A DNA stretch of 64,000 nucleotides from NCBI RefSeq assembly GCF_009914755.1, contig NC_060925.1. One strand, 5' to 3'. The translations under genes and the position numbers were made by a program. Each line of letters starts with the position of its first letter. Position 1 is the first letter of the stretch. Positions 40,401 to 52,526 of the stretch are shown piece by piece. Source of the DNA: the human T2T-CHM13v2.0 reference genome, Homo sapiens. Under the pieces are notes generated by a model. That model made no database searches. It was given only the letters and a program-made list of their open reading frames with translations, and was not told the origin of the DNA.

Positions 40401-41509
40401 AGAAGGCTGGGAGATGCTTTTGGGTGGCCCCTCCGCAGTGCCTGGCCCAGCTTCTCCTCTTTCTTACACCCAGCCATGGTGTACTGAGCACCTGCTATGG
40501 GACAGGCACTAAGCTAGAATCTGCGATGGACAGAAAGACGAATAAACGCAACCCCCAGCCTGATTAAGCACACAGCCTGCTGCAGAGGTGACTATGTCAG
40601 AGGGCAGCTGTGAGAGGGTAGGAGGTGCTGTGCTGCCAAATCTCCCTGAGCTGCAAGTGTGAATGACAGGATAATATTGAACATGATGTACTTTCCAATA
40701 AAGGTGAATACCAAGATATGAGGACAGGACTTGGCAACGAGAAAGCTCCGGAGAGAACAGCCAGCTGGGTGTGAAAAGAAGGAATGTGTGTGTAGGGGTA
40801 AGCACCTCTAGCCCCTGAAAATGACCAGGCTGGGGGCCTGCCATGGCATTAGGGAGCCATTGTGAATACAACAGTGTGAGAATGGAGATCTGAGTGACCG
40901 TGGGGCACACCAGCATAGAGCCGCAAGAACTCCTTGTGGAGATGAGTCACCACCCACAAATGAAGAGTCCAAACCTGCCCTTGAGAAAAAGAAGACCAAA
41001 CCTTTATCTCCTGCCTGAGGATCCTGCTGGGTGCTCAAGCCTCACTTGGCCTGGTTTCCTATCCTTTTGGCCTCTGATGCTAGCCCCCTCCTCACTTTTC
41101 AATCTCTCTCTACTTCCCCAGCTCAGTTGCTAAATCCACCGCTAGGCCCAGGTCTGGCCAGCCTCTGAGCCAGGCAGGCCAGAGGCAGCAGCCTCAGTTG
41201 CCAGCCAGGGTTGGTGCCTGATGCCAGCGACCTGCTTGGGTTCCTAAGTGAGCGGCAGCATGCTCTGCCTCCCCTGCACTGGTACTGGCCAGGTCACAGC
41301 ACAGCTGTGGCTCTAACCCCCTCCCAGCAGCCTCAGAGCCATGGGAGCAGACCTGGAATTATCCTGCAGGTGCTTCACGTGAACTCACGGAAACAGAAAA
41401 AAAAAAATCACACAAGGTAGGAGAGTTACTGTCATGTTGCCCATGAGGAAATGAGGCCCAGGGAGTCCAGGTGAGCAGCTGGAGTTTATCTGGACACTCA
41501 GGGGTCAAG

Positions 41510-41810
41510 GTGGGTGGTAAGGTAAAGCCCTAGGACTCCAGACTTGACCCAGTGGTTGAAACAAATCCAAGAGTTGCCCCCTTTTTATTTTTTTGAGAAT
41601 GAGGAAAGCTTCACAGAGCAAACCTGTCCCCTTCTACAACTCCATTGGTTCCTAAATTCTAGATCTGGACAGTATGAAAAATTCAAGTTCTTGAAAAATA
41701 AAAATCAATAATGCATTTTTCTTTTGGACATACACAGATGTAAAAGCATTTTTTTAAAGGACTGTGAGACTATGTACAAAGCTGATTGTACATGGCACTT
41801 TTGGAGAGAG
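41510..41810 (+). repeat. Local repeat copy A (direct to 45175-45477)
   Basis: gtgggtggtaaggtaaagccctagga...ttttggagagag; about 93% identical to copy B by hand alignment. Confidence 0.95.
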
Positions 41811-42194
41811 CCTTCTTCTCAGGGCCATCTTCCGGGAAAAGAATCCATTCTCTGGCAGTTCTCTCACAGCCAAACTTTCCTCTTTGGTTTGATACCTAGT
41901 TACTGAGCAGTGGTTAAGGAGGTTCTTCCCATTTCAGGCTACTAGTTCAGAAGGGCTCCTCCATTCCAGGGTATCCATCAAGCAGGGATTGCAAGGATGT
42001 CTGAGTGACCAGAGTCTTCTGTAGGGTATGGCTAGCAGGGAAAAAGGGCCCAGTCCCAGGCATTGGGTTACTCAGAAGCTCACCAGACAGAGACCCCAAG
42101 AGGCAGCCAACAGGGAAGACCTTACTGTCCACTGCAAAGCCACATTCTGATGACAATAAAAGGACACCCATGCAAGGGCCTGTAAGAGAAGAAG

Positions 42195-42600
42195 AACCAA
42201 CATGGATTGTGCTCCTACTTGTGCCAGGCACCAACAGTACCAGGATGCCTTGGCTGAGGAGAGATAGTTTGAGGAGGAACAACCTTCTGTTACTGAGCAA
42301 AGGGTGGAAGCGGTGAGAACTCTTTATTCACCCACAAACTCTTCTCTGGTAGCCACCTGTCATTGTGTGTGCACTTGCTGGTCTTCATGTCTTCACATTG
42401 CATGCCGTGAAGACACCTCTATTAAAGCATTTTCATAGAAAAAAAAAGAGGTCTTACATTGAGCATCTGATTTAATCTTCTCTAAAAACCTGCAGAGATG
42501 GGTACTATTATCCCCATAATACAGATGAAGAAACTGAGACACAGAGAGACTAGGTTATTTGCTCAAGCTCACTTAAGCTCTTAACCACTACTCTATAGCT
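42195..42600 (-). mobile_element. MIR split by the tubulin retrocopy
   Basis: aacatggattgtgctcctacttgtgccaggcac | ...ttacat...atttaatcttc...gtactattatccccataatacagatgaagaaactgagacacagagag. Confidence 0.8.
42229..42447 (+). pseudogene. 5'-truncated processed pseudogene fragment of beta-tubulin (TUBB4B-like C-terminus + 3' UTR + polyA)
   Basis: translates HQQYQDALAEER*FEEE (cf. beta-tubulin YQQYQDATAEEEGEFEEE); UTR blocks gaactctttattcac, gtgtgcacttgctg and ATTAAAgcattttcatag match the TUBB4B 3' UTR as recalled; A9 tail 42439-42447. Confidence 0.85.
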
Positions 42601-43149
42601 GCTCTGGAGACAAACCAGAAAACCAAAAAAGGGTGGAGGGGAGAAAACGAACACATACATTCCTCTCAATCATTATATTAACACTTGAAGGTAGGGAGTA
42701 TTATCCCCACTGTATAGGTGAGGAAACTGAAACTTAGTTAACAGGTGTCCCAAGGTCACACAGCTGGTAAGCATTGCTCCAGGTATGGAGCCCAAGACTG
42801 TCAGCCTCTAAGGCCCAAAACCCGATTCCTCAATGACGATTTCCAACCAGGGAAATGGAGCAGGCTTCAGCATAGTTGGCATTGGAACGAAATGCAGGGT
42901 TCACTGGACACAGGTGGGAGGGCAGGCAGGCCATGCCATAGGCCTGCATCAACAAAGTCCCAGGCTTGAAAATGCATGGTCTGTCTGTCAATAGAGGAAT
43001 GGCGCCTAACGACACATTCCTTTAGTACGGTTCTAACTGGACAATAAGATGCCACATCTGACTATTTTGAGATGTGAAAATGATTACAAAATAAATATAC
43101 ATTGAACTCAGAATATAAAACTGTATATACCAAGATGCCAATTTGGTAG

Positions 43150-43151
<2 letters not shown>

Positions 43152-43181
<30 letters not shown>
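43152..43181. repeat. (GT)15 microsatellite
   Basis: read directly. Confidence 0.95.
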
Positions 43182-43182
<1 letters not shown>

Positions 43183-44283
43183 TACAAGAAAATCTACCAT
43201 CTTGTTCAGTGGATTGTTCAGGATGTGAGGCTCATGAATAATTTTAGTTTTCTGATTTTACTTTTCTGTATTTCAAACACATTGAACGGTACCTTTACAG
43301 CTATGAAAAGAGATCTTATTTGCTTACAAAGTTGCAAGGCACAGCTTTTTCCTGATACCATTGCCAGGGAAAGGATGAACCTCTCCTCATCCCATGGACC
43401 CTCCTCCTCTCCTGTCTTGCCAGCTCATGAGTTGATTTTCCAAGACTTTCCATTTGTGAGCTCTTGATGTTTAATTCAACATCGAGGATTCAACATTCAA
43501 ATTTGTTAAAACAATTTTGGTGGGAGTGGAAGAGATGATGTCCAATGTGATCTGCTTTGAAGACCTCAGGGAGGCCTATAATTTACCCATGCCTGGAATA
43601 CCCATGTGAAAGCTTTAGGTTTCCCTCAGCTGTTCCCATCTGACCATGGCAAAGTGTGGTTTCCCCTGAAATCCTCAGCAGATGGTGAGCACACAGCCTG
43701 TAAGTCTCATCTTGCTGTCTCTCTACCTCACTCTGCCCTTCCATCACTGCCTGTGTAGAAAGCAAACCCTTAAGCAAGCAACTGAAGTTGAAGTTGCTAT
43801 GATTTTAAAAGCTTTTAGAGACAAAATCAACCTGGAATGTAGTGGTATGTAATGACAAAGTTGACTCCATTTACTTTCGTTCTTATGACTTCATTGTCAT
43901 ATATTCCCGTTTGTATTTGAAGGAGTTTATCACAGATGCTGTTATTTAAGTGTTATTAAAAAAATTCTGGAGCTAAAGAAAAAGAAATCATATACAAGGA
44001 ATGGCCACCTGGATTGAAACAAAAAAGTTGTTCCAGTTTAAAAGTAGTCCTTGGGTTGACTTAAAAAGAATTCAAACATCCCCTCCCCCTAGATTTAAAA
44101 AGTATCTCTCCTTCTCCCCACTTTGTATTTTTTAAAAGGTCTTGGGTTCCATTTTCAAAATAAGTTCTATATTTTTAAGGGTGACACATACCAAGTAACC
44201 AGAAACTGGCCTTGGCTTGGAAAACCTCCCAGTTCTCATCAACATGCAATCACTAGCTCCTTTCAGCATGATGAATACTATTG

Positions 44284-44482
44284 ATTGGCTCAGATATGCT
44301 TGTGACCCAGCAGGGGTATTAGACATTGGCTATAAAACATCTCCTTATGAATTTTTTATTGGCTTGAGTGTCTGAAGAGCTGGGCAGCTGCCTCCCCAAG
44401 TGCTCTCCCTCCCTCCTTGCTCTCCCTCCTCCTCTCTGTGTCTCTGGGCAGATGATGCCACTCTGCAGGGCCACATTATTGG
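44284..44482 (+). promoter_or_regulatory. Candidate CCAAT/TATA promoter-like cluster
   Basis: ATTGG at 44284, 44325, 44358 and 44478; TATAAAA 44331-44337; CT-rich tract 44403-44445; CpGs retained downstream. Confidence 0.35.
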
Positions 44483-44747
44483 ATCAGAGCGATTAGCTTT
44501 ACAGCCTGTTTTTCCGAGTAGAATCCAATTTCTTTTTCAGGTGCAGTGGGCTTACGAGTAGTCATGTGCTTTTTGTTTTGCGATGGCATCACAGGATTAC
44601 TAGAAGATGCAGTAAACTGAAGTCATTTCCCATTAGCTGTACTTCTCGGGATACTAAGACAATGTGTCACTCTGCACTTGCAGCATCACAAGCACTTTTC
44701 AGGAGAAAGAGTGCCTTCGGCAGCTCAAGGAGAAGCTGACAAAGAGC

Positions 44748-44990
44748 TGAATTTCTCGTACCGTCCAGATCCAATGGAGATGTAGAAGAGGACAAGTTTG
44801 CTCTGAGTGAAGCTTTCCCCATTCTCAAAAATAAAAAATAAAAATAAATAAAGAAAAAGGGGGCAACTCTTGGGTTTGCTTCAGCCACTGGGTCAAGTCT
44901 GGAGTCCCGGGGCTTTACCTTACCACCCGCTTCAGTGTGAGCTTGATAAATCCTCAATAGGAGTCTCTGAGAGATTACCGAGGCTCTCAG
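44748..44990 (-). repeat. Local repeat copy C (inverted relative to 45115-45352 and to copy A)
   Basis: reverse complement matches ctgagaaccttggtaatcactcagaaactccc...gagaatggggaaagcttcactcagagcaaac...gacagtatgaaaaattca. Confidence 0.95.
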
Positions 44991-45114
44991 ACAAAGCAGA
45001 CTCTCGAGAAGCACCGTGGCAGGCACTGCCAAACACCTTCACTCATGATTCTCATCATAACCACAAGAGAGGAGGAACATTGCTCCCACTTTCACACTGG
45101 TGGAAACTGAGTAG

Positions 45115-45477
45115 CTGAGAACCTTGGTAATCACTCAGAAACTCCCATTGTGGATTTATCAAGCTTACACTGAAGTGGGTGGTAAGGTAAAGCCCTAGGA
45201 CCCCAGACTTGACCCAGTGGTTGAAGCAAACCCAAGAGTTGCCCCCTTTTTATTTTTTTGAGAATGGGGAAAGCTTCACTCAGAGCAAACCTCTCCCCTT
45301 CTACATCTCCATTGGTCCCTAAATTCTAGATTTGGACAGTATGAAAAATTCAAGTTCTTGAAAAATAAAAATCAGTAATGCATATCTCCTTTGGACATAC
45401 ACAGATGTAAAAGCATTTTTTTAAAGGACTGTGAGACTACATACAAAGTTGATTATATGTGGCAGTTTTGGAGAGAG
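45115..45477 (+). repeat. Local repeat copy B
   Basis: contains both the C-homologous part (45115-45352) and the A-homologous part (45175-45477); continues into an L1ME-like 3' remnant. Confidence 0.95.
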
Positions 45478-46019
45478 GGAGAGAAAGAAATGGAAAGGAG
45501 GTAGGTGGAGATAAGGAGTGATTATGTTATTATAGGAAAAGAGCACTTAGCTTTATCTGTGATGTTCTAATACTTTTTAAAAAGGGGAATGTGTTCATGT
45601 TTTACTTTAATCATTGCTTTAACATATATAGAATAAGCATATATAGAAAAAGCAAGTGTATCAAATAAATGAAAAATTTTGAGTCATTAAAGAAAATTCA
45701 AGTTCTCATGTTTAGAAATGGGCTTTCTTCTCAATTACACTTTTGTATCTAGGTGAAATTGGGTTAAAATAAACTTCAAGCACCAATTTTGGGGAGAAAA
45801 TACATAGCACAAGGTCACTGGGTAGTCTGTGGAATGGAGAGGTTAGTGGTGATTGGGCAGGTTGAATGACTGAGGGATTAACATGTGTATATGACCTCCT
45901 CTCGCATGTGTGGTCTTCTCTCTGGTTCTGCTTCCTCTGTAAAACATGAAGCGCCTGTGAAAAACTCATAACACAAAGCGAGGAAGAACCTTGAGTCTCT
46001 ATGGTTGACTATCCCAAAT

Positions 46020-46330
46020 AAGTCTGCCCTCCTTACCCATGGGTTCCACATCAGTGGATTCAAGCAACCGCAGATAAAAAATATTCAGAAAAAAGAGCAT
46101 GCCTGTCCTGAATATGTACAGACCTTCTTCTTGCCATTATTTCCTAAACAATACAGTATAAAAACTATTTACTTAGAACTTACATTGTATTAGGTATTAC
46201 AAATAATCCAGACATGACTTAAAGTGTACAGAAGGATGTGCGTTTTATATCAGGGACTTTATATCTGAGGATTCTGGTATCTGCAGAGGTCCTGGAACCA
46301 ATCCCCCACAGATACCAAAACATGACTGCA
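46020..46330. mobile_element. MER2 (Tigger-derived MITE)
   Basis: ccatgggttccacatcagtggattcaagcaaccg...tttcctaaacaatacagtataa...gtcctggaaccaatcccccacagatacc. Confidence 0.88.
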
Positions 46331-47664
46331 TTTTGTTGTACAATCAAAGGAGAAAAAAATAAAGTAAAGGAATCAGGAAATGCCATGTTGTAAATGAAAG
46401 TGAGAATTCTTCCTGGTTTCAGTCTCTGTTAAGGAAATCCAAATCCAAACTCTACCTGGGAACAGTGGCTAGTTTTAACAAAGTGTATCACTCGTCTCAT
46501 TCACAGCAACCTGCATACCTGAGCCACGAGGCTACAGTTCCCAAAAACAACTATGCCAAAAGAAACTGTTCTTTGCATCTATCTCCAGAGTGCTTATCAC
46601 TGTAGCACAACTACACCATTTGTTCTTGAGCCATTGATATAAATTGTTTGGTAAGTTTGAAGAATAAAAACAAATACACACCCACCTAGTCCCTTCTACA
46701 GAGGCCAGTTGAGATAAATACACTGAGATGCCTAAGAAGACTATATTGTTTCTGCTCCTAGATATTAGGCATTTTCCTATATCTGCTCCCTGATTTTATA
46801 GACTAAAACTCCCAAGTGAACATGAACTTGTCTATTTCTAGACAGAGAGCTTCCAGAAGCTAGTTTCCAAGCCAGAGTGGATGGAAATGTCACGTTGTGG
46901 ATGTTTCAAAACTCATGAGCCTGACTGACCCCTCTGTTGGAGTGGTCATGATTTTCCAGAGAGCAGCTGTTAGCCCATCCATTTCATGGTTATTACAGAC
47001 TCCTTGGATGACAGGATCCTTTGCCATTCCTCTGTGAATATCTCATACTGATTACACAGTTTCTGAGCCCTCAGGACTTTTCTGCAAATTTGCACTTATT
47101 AGTAAATTTTTAATCAGGGAAGATGTGCAAAATACTGCATTAAACTCAAGGATAATCATTCTGGAATATCATAGTGGGAAGGAATTCCCATTGGTCCTCT
47201 AAATTGCCATGTGCACCTACAGTCCTCAGCCTCAGTGGATCTCCTTTTTCTGCTTCCCTTTGTTTTGCCCTCAGGAAGTAACAGCCCTTTGTAGAATTAT
47301 AAAGTCACCCTTTATAACTATGCTCTCATTAAGTTTTGGAAGGCCTATTTTCCTTGTATCTTTAGGCTTTTCATCATGTAGTAAACAAGCTGAGTATTAG
47401 AAATTAAGTGGCTCTTAAGAAAAGGGTCTGATGTAGAGTGGTATTAAGAAGGACAAAGTTCAACCAGTTTCTTTAAAACTACAACTGTGATGATGAGGGC
47501 TACGTGGCAGGAGAAGGTCTGAAGTCACATGTGTCTTTGAGGGACGCCGTCCCAGATCTCATGACAAAGATGACACAAGATGACAGGGCATCTGGGAAGG
47601 CTGTTTGCATCTGCCTTGCAATCAGTGGGTGAGAGAGTGGGTTGATTCTGATGACTATGGTGAG

Positions 47665-48771
47665 CTTTTCCTTCCTCCTATTCTAAAAAGGTGAGTGGCC
47701 GGATGTTGCATGGTCTGGAAAGTGTCCTTCAAATGAATATCATGCATTGTGAAGATCTGTGAAGATTGGATCTTATGAGATTGTATTTATTTTTTTATTT
47801 TGGTGGAAAATGTTTTCTTAACTAGTAGTGTGATCATGACACAGAAGTCTATTTCCACCTCCAGCTCAGAGAAATAGTGTGGGAGCAACAGAGAAGGAGC
47901 AGAAAATAAACTTTTTCTTCAGGCTTTAAGGAGGGGTAACTCCCTCCACAGGTCAGCGAATGCCTTTCAAGATCACTTTTGTAACCTCCTTTGCCCTTAG
48001 GCCCCTACAGCCAGGCAATTTCACTGCCCACAGAAGGCAGTCCTCATGCTTGCGCTGTCTTCAAGTCTGTCCCCAGGCTGAAGGTTGCCTTCTCTTACTC
48101 ATTCTGACTCCTTCAAGCCAACCTTCAAATTCAGCTTAGGGATGGATACCTCGCCTTTTATTCCAGCCCCTCATTATTCCAGTTAAGAACCTGTCAGTAT
48201 GAGGCAGGAGAATAGGGTTTGGAGACAGAGAACATAAGGACTTCCTAGAACTAAATCAAATGGAAACACTTCAGCTATGCCAGGAAATATCCTCTCCATT
48301 TACATAGGGCGCAGGCGGAGTAAGTAACTTTGTAACTTTACTTCATCCTCTTCATTTACATAGGGTGTACACCAAGTAACCAATAGAAACCTCTAGAGGG
48401 TATTTAAACCCCCCAAAATTCTCTAAGGGGACTCCTGAGCCCCTATGCTTGGGCCCATTCCCAGCCAGTAGAGGATACTTTCATTTTCAATACATCTCTG
48501 CTTTTGTTGCTTCATTCTTTCCTTGCTTTGTGTGTTTTGTCCAATTCTTTGTTCAAAATGCCAAGAACTTGGACACCCTCCACCTGTAACAAGTAGACTG
48601 ATCCCACCTTTAGGCAGAGACTTGATTCATCCCTCCCCCAATTCTTCCTTTACCCAGATACCAAACCTGGCACAGAACAATGGTCAATGATGTTGGTGAA
48701 CCCAGTTGATTAATTCTGGCTCCACTCTTGGCACAGTTCTTTTCCTTCCTCCTGTTCTAGAAAGGTGAGTG
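47665..48771 (+). repeat. Dispersed 33-bp direct repeat carrying splice signals (47665-47697 and 48739-48771)
   Basis: cttttccttcctcct[a/g]ttcta[a/g]aaaggtgagtg; 31/33 identical. Confidence 0.85.
48200..48591 (+). mobile_element. ERV1 solo LTR (MER51/MER61-like)
   Basis: tgaggcaggagaataggg...ccaattctttgttcaaaatgccaagaacttggacaccctccacctgtaaca; TG...CA ends; 4-bp TSD agta at 48196-99 and 48592-95; internal CCAAT and TATTTAAA. Confidence 0.9.
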
Positions 48772-49466
48772 TTACATATGTGGTCTTTTCCCACCTACTG
48801 TCTCGTCACCTTTTATGTCTGCACCTCTGCATCTCCTTCCACAGCTCCCAGTTTCCGCTGCTGCTTTGGGAGGTCATTAGCAACTGTTTGTTGACTGGCC
48901 CTCAAGAACAGAACATGTCATAGGAAGTTATGTGACAGACAGATCCTAACCTGGACTGGTGTGTAGTTTCAATACTTTGGGCAAACTATTTACCTAATAA
49001 TGGGTGTCTACAAAAACAACAAGTCAGACAACTCTTTTCTCTCTCCTCCCACCCCTTCCCACCAAATTTCATGAGAGAGTAATCTGTATCTACTGCCTTT
49101 ATCTCATACCTTGTCCATTTAAATCTGATTTCACTTCCCATGCTCCCTGCACACTTATGCAAACTCTGAAATTGCTCACTGCTATGTAATAGCTTTTCCT
49201 GAATTTTATCCTTGCTAATCTTCCTAATGAGTTTGATGCAGCTGTTCTGTTCACGACTGCCTTGAAAATTTTCTTCCCTTACCTTTGGAGTGACTGGAAA
49301 ACAGTTTGCCTCTCACCTCTCACTAACTTACTTCTCTCTCCTTGTTGGCTCATCTGTGCCTTACTTAAAACACAGGTGTGTCCCAAGATTTCTCCTCAAT
49401 TCTGTTTTTCTTCATTTTCTGTATTTCCTTTCTGATGATCTCAAGTACCCCTACTATTTCAATTAA

Positions 49467-50063
<597 letters not shown>

Positions 50064-50369
50064 CATATTTTCAATTGTCTACTGGATGGCTTCATCTAGA
50101 TGATTCTCCTAGTCTTTCAAATGCAGGGGTTAAAATGAGAACAAATAATCTTGTCCCTCCAACCACCTCCTCCTCCTAACTTCCCTATTAATATTTGTAA
50201 AAGAACATAAGCCACTAACATTGAAATAAGATTTAAAACGGAACCATCTTTCACTCCTCCATCTCTCTTAAGCCCATATCTAATGAGTTGACTAATTACA
50301 GAGTCAACATGCATTCACTGATTGCCTACTATATGCCTGACTCAGGGGATGTAGTGTGGAAAAATTAAA

Positions 50370-50409
50370 GCAGAGAGAGAAAAAGAGCAAGAGTGAGAGT
50401 GAGAGAAAG

Positions 50410-50449
<40 letters not shown>
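50370..50449. repeat. (GA)n purine tract
   Basis: read directly. Confidence 0.9.
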
Positions 50450-50452
<3 letters not shown>

Positions 50453-50860
50453 GGTCTTTCCCCTGGTGAGCTTATGGTCTAACGGGAGAAAAAGACATTC
50501 AGCAAACAATCTCACAAAAAAGTTGATGATCACATGTAAATAGTGCTTGAAAGAAAGCTAGATGCTGCTCTGAGAACTTATTTTAAAGGGACGACAGGAA
50601 AATTATTCATTCACTTGATGAATATTTATTGACCATCTACTAAAGGCCAAGCACTGTCTGGGTGCCAAAGTGTCAAGCCCACCTCTGCAGTGCCTCTCAA
50701 GGCTTCTCCAGCACAGGGCAGGTCCCTATTCCCTGTTCTTCAAGCTTCCTAACAGCCCCTCCTAACGGTCTCTCCACGTTTCAACTCAGCCCAAATGCTG
50801 CTATCAGACGAATATTCCTGTAAGGCTGCTTTCTTATATTAGTTGCAGTAAAGAATTCAA

Positions 50861-51170
50861 GGCCAGGCTCAGTGGCTCATGCCTGTAATCCCAGCACTTT
50901 GGGAGGCCGGGATGGGCGGATCACGAGGTCAAGAGATTGAGACCATCCTGGCCAACATGGTGAAACCCCGTCTCTACTAAAAATACAAAAATTAGCTGGG
51001 CATGGTGTTGCACCTGTAGTCCCAGCTATAGTCCCAGCTACTCGGGAGGCTGAGGCAGGAGAATTGCTTGAATCCAGGAGGTGGTTGCAGTAAGTCAAGA
51101 TCACGCCACTGCATTCTAGCCTGGAAAGTGGCAACAGAGGGAGACTCCGTCTCAAAAAAAAAAAAAAAAA
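50861..51170 (+). mobile_element. AluSc-like with an internal 12-bp tandem duplication (tagtcccagcta x2)
   Basis: dimeric Alu; TSD aattcaag. Confidence 0.95.
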
Positions 51171-51608
51171 TTCAAGACCCCATCTGAGGCCTGACCTCCC
51201 ATCTTTCTTTCTGGTCTTACCTCCTAATCCCCTTTCATGTTTACCTGCCTTCCAGCCAAACAGAATTACTCTGTGTTCACAAACACGTCCCATGCTTTTT
51301 TACCCAAAGTTATGCTTTCCACTTGGAATCCCATGTGGTCTGTTCATTGAAAGCCTTCTTTCCTCTTTCAAAGTTCAGCTTAATGGCTTTATAACTTAAA
51401 GATTTGTGCCTTATTTCCCCTAATATCTTGCACCAATGGCAAGGACTGGGTTCTATTTATATTTATAGTAAGTCCACTCACCAATCTGCTTACAACTTGC
51501 AAAGGAACCTTCTCATTACAGATGCTTAATAGGTATTTTCTTATTTTTGTCAGTAATAAGTAAATGCTTATTGCTGACAAATAATTGTTGTCAGAAATGT
51601 TTTTCTAG

Positions 51609-51962
<354 letters not shown>

Positions 51963-52211
51963 TAAAATCTTTAAAAGCAGAGGAAATGTTTTCTTCTTTT
52001 CACTTTGTTTTCTCCATAGTTCTTAGCATAGAACTGTAAATAGAGGAGGAATATAAATATTAGCCAAATGAACAAGTGATAAGATATGCTTTTTCACAGG
52101 AAAATATATATTAAATCAAAATCCATGGCTATATTCCTCAGTTTAAGATATTGCCATGTTTGGATCTTAGGAAAAGAAAAACCTATAGCTGGTATATAGC
52201 TGGTATATTAA

Positions 52212-52526
<315 letters not shown>

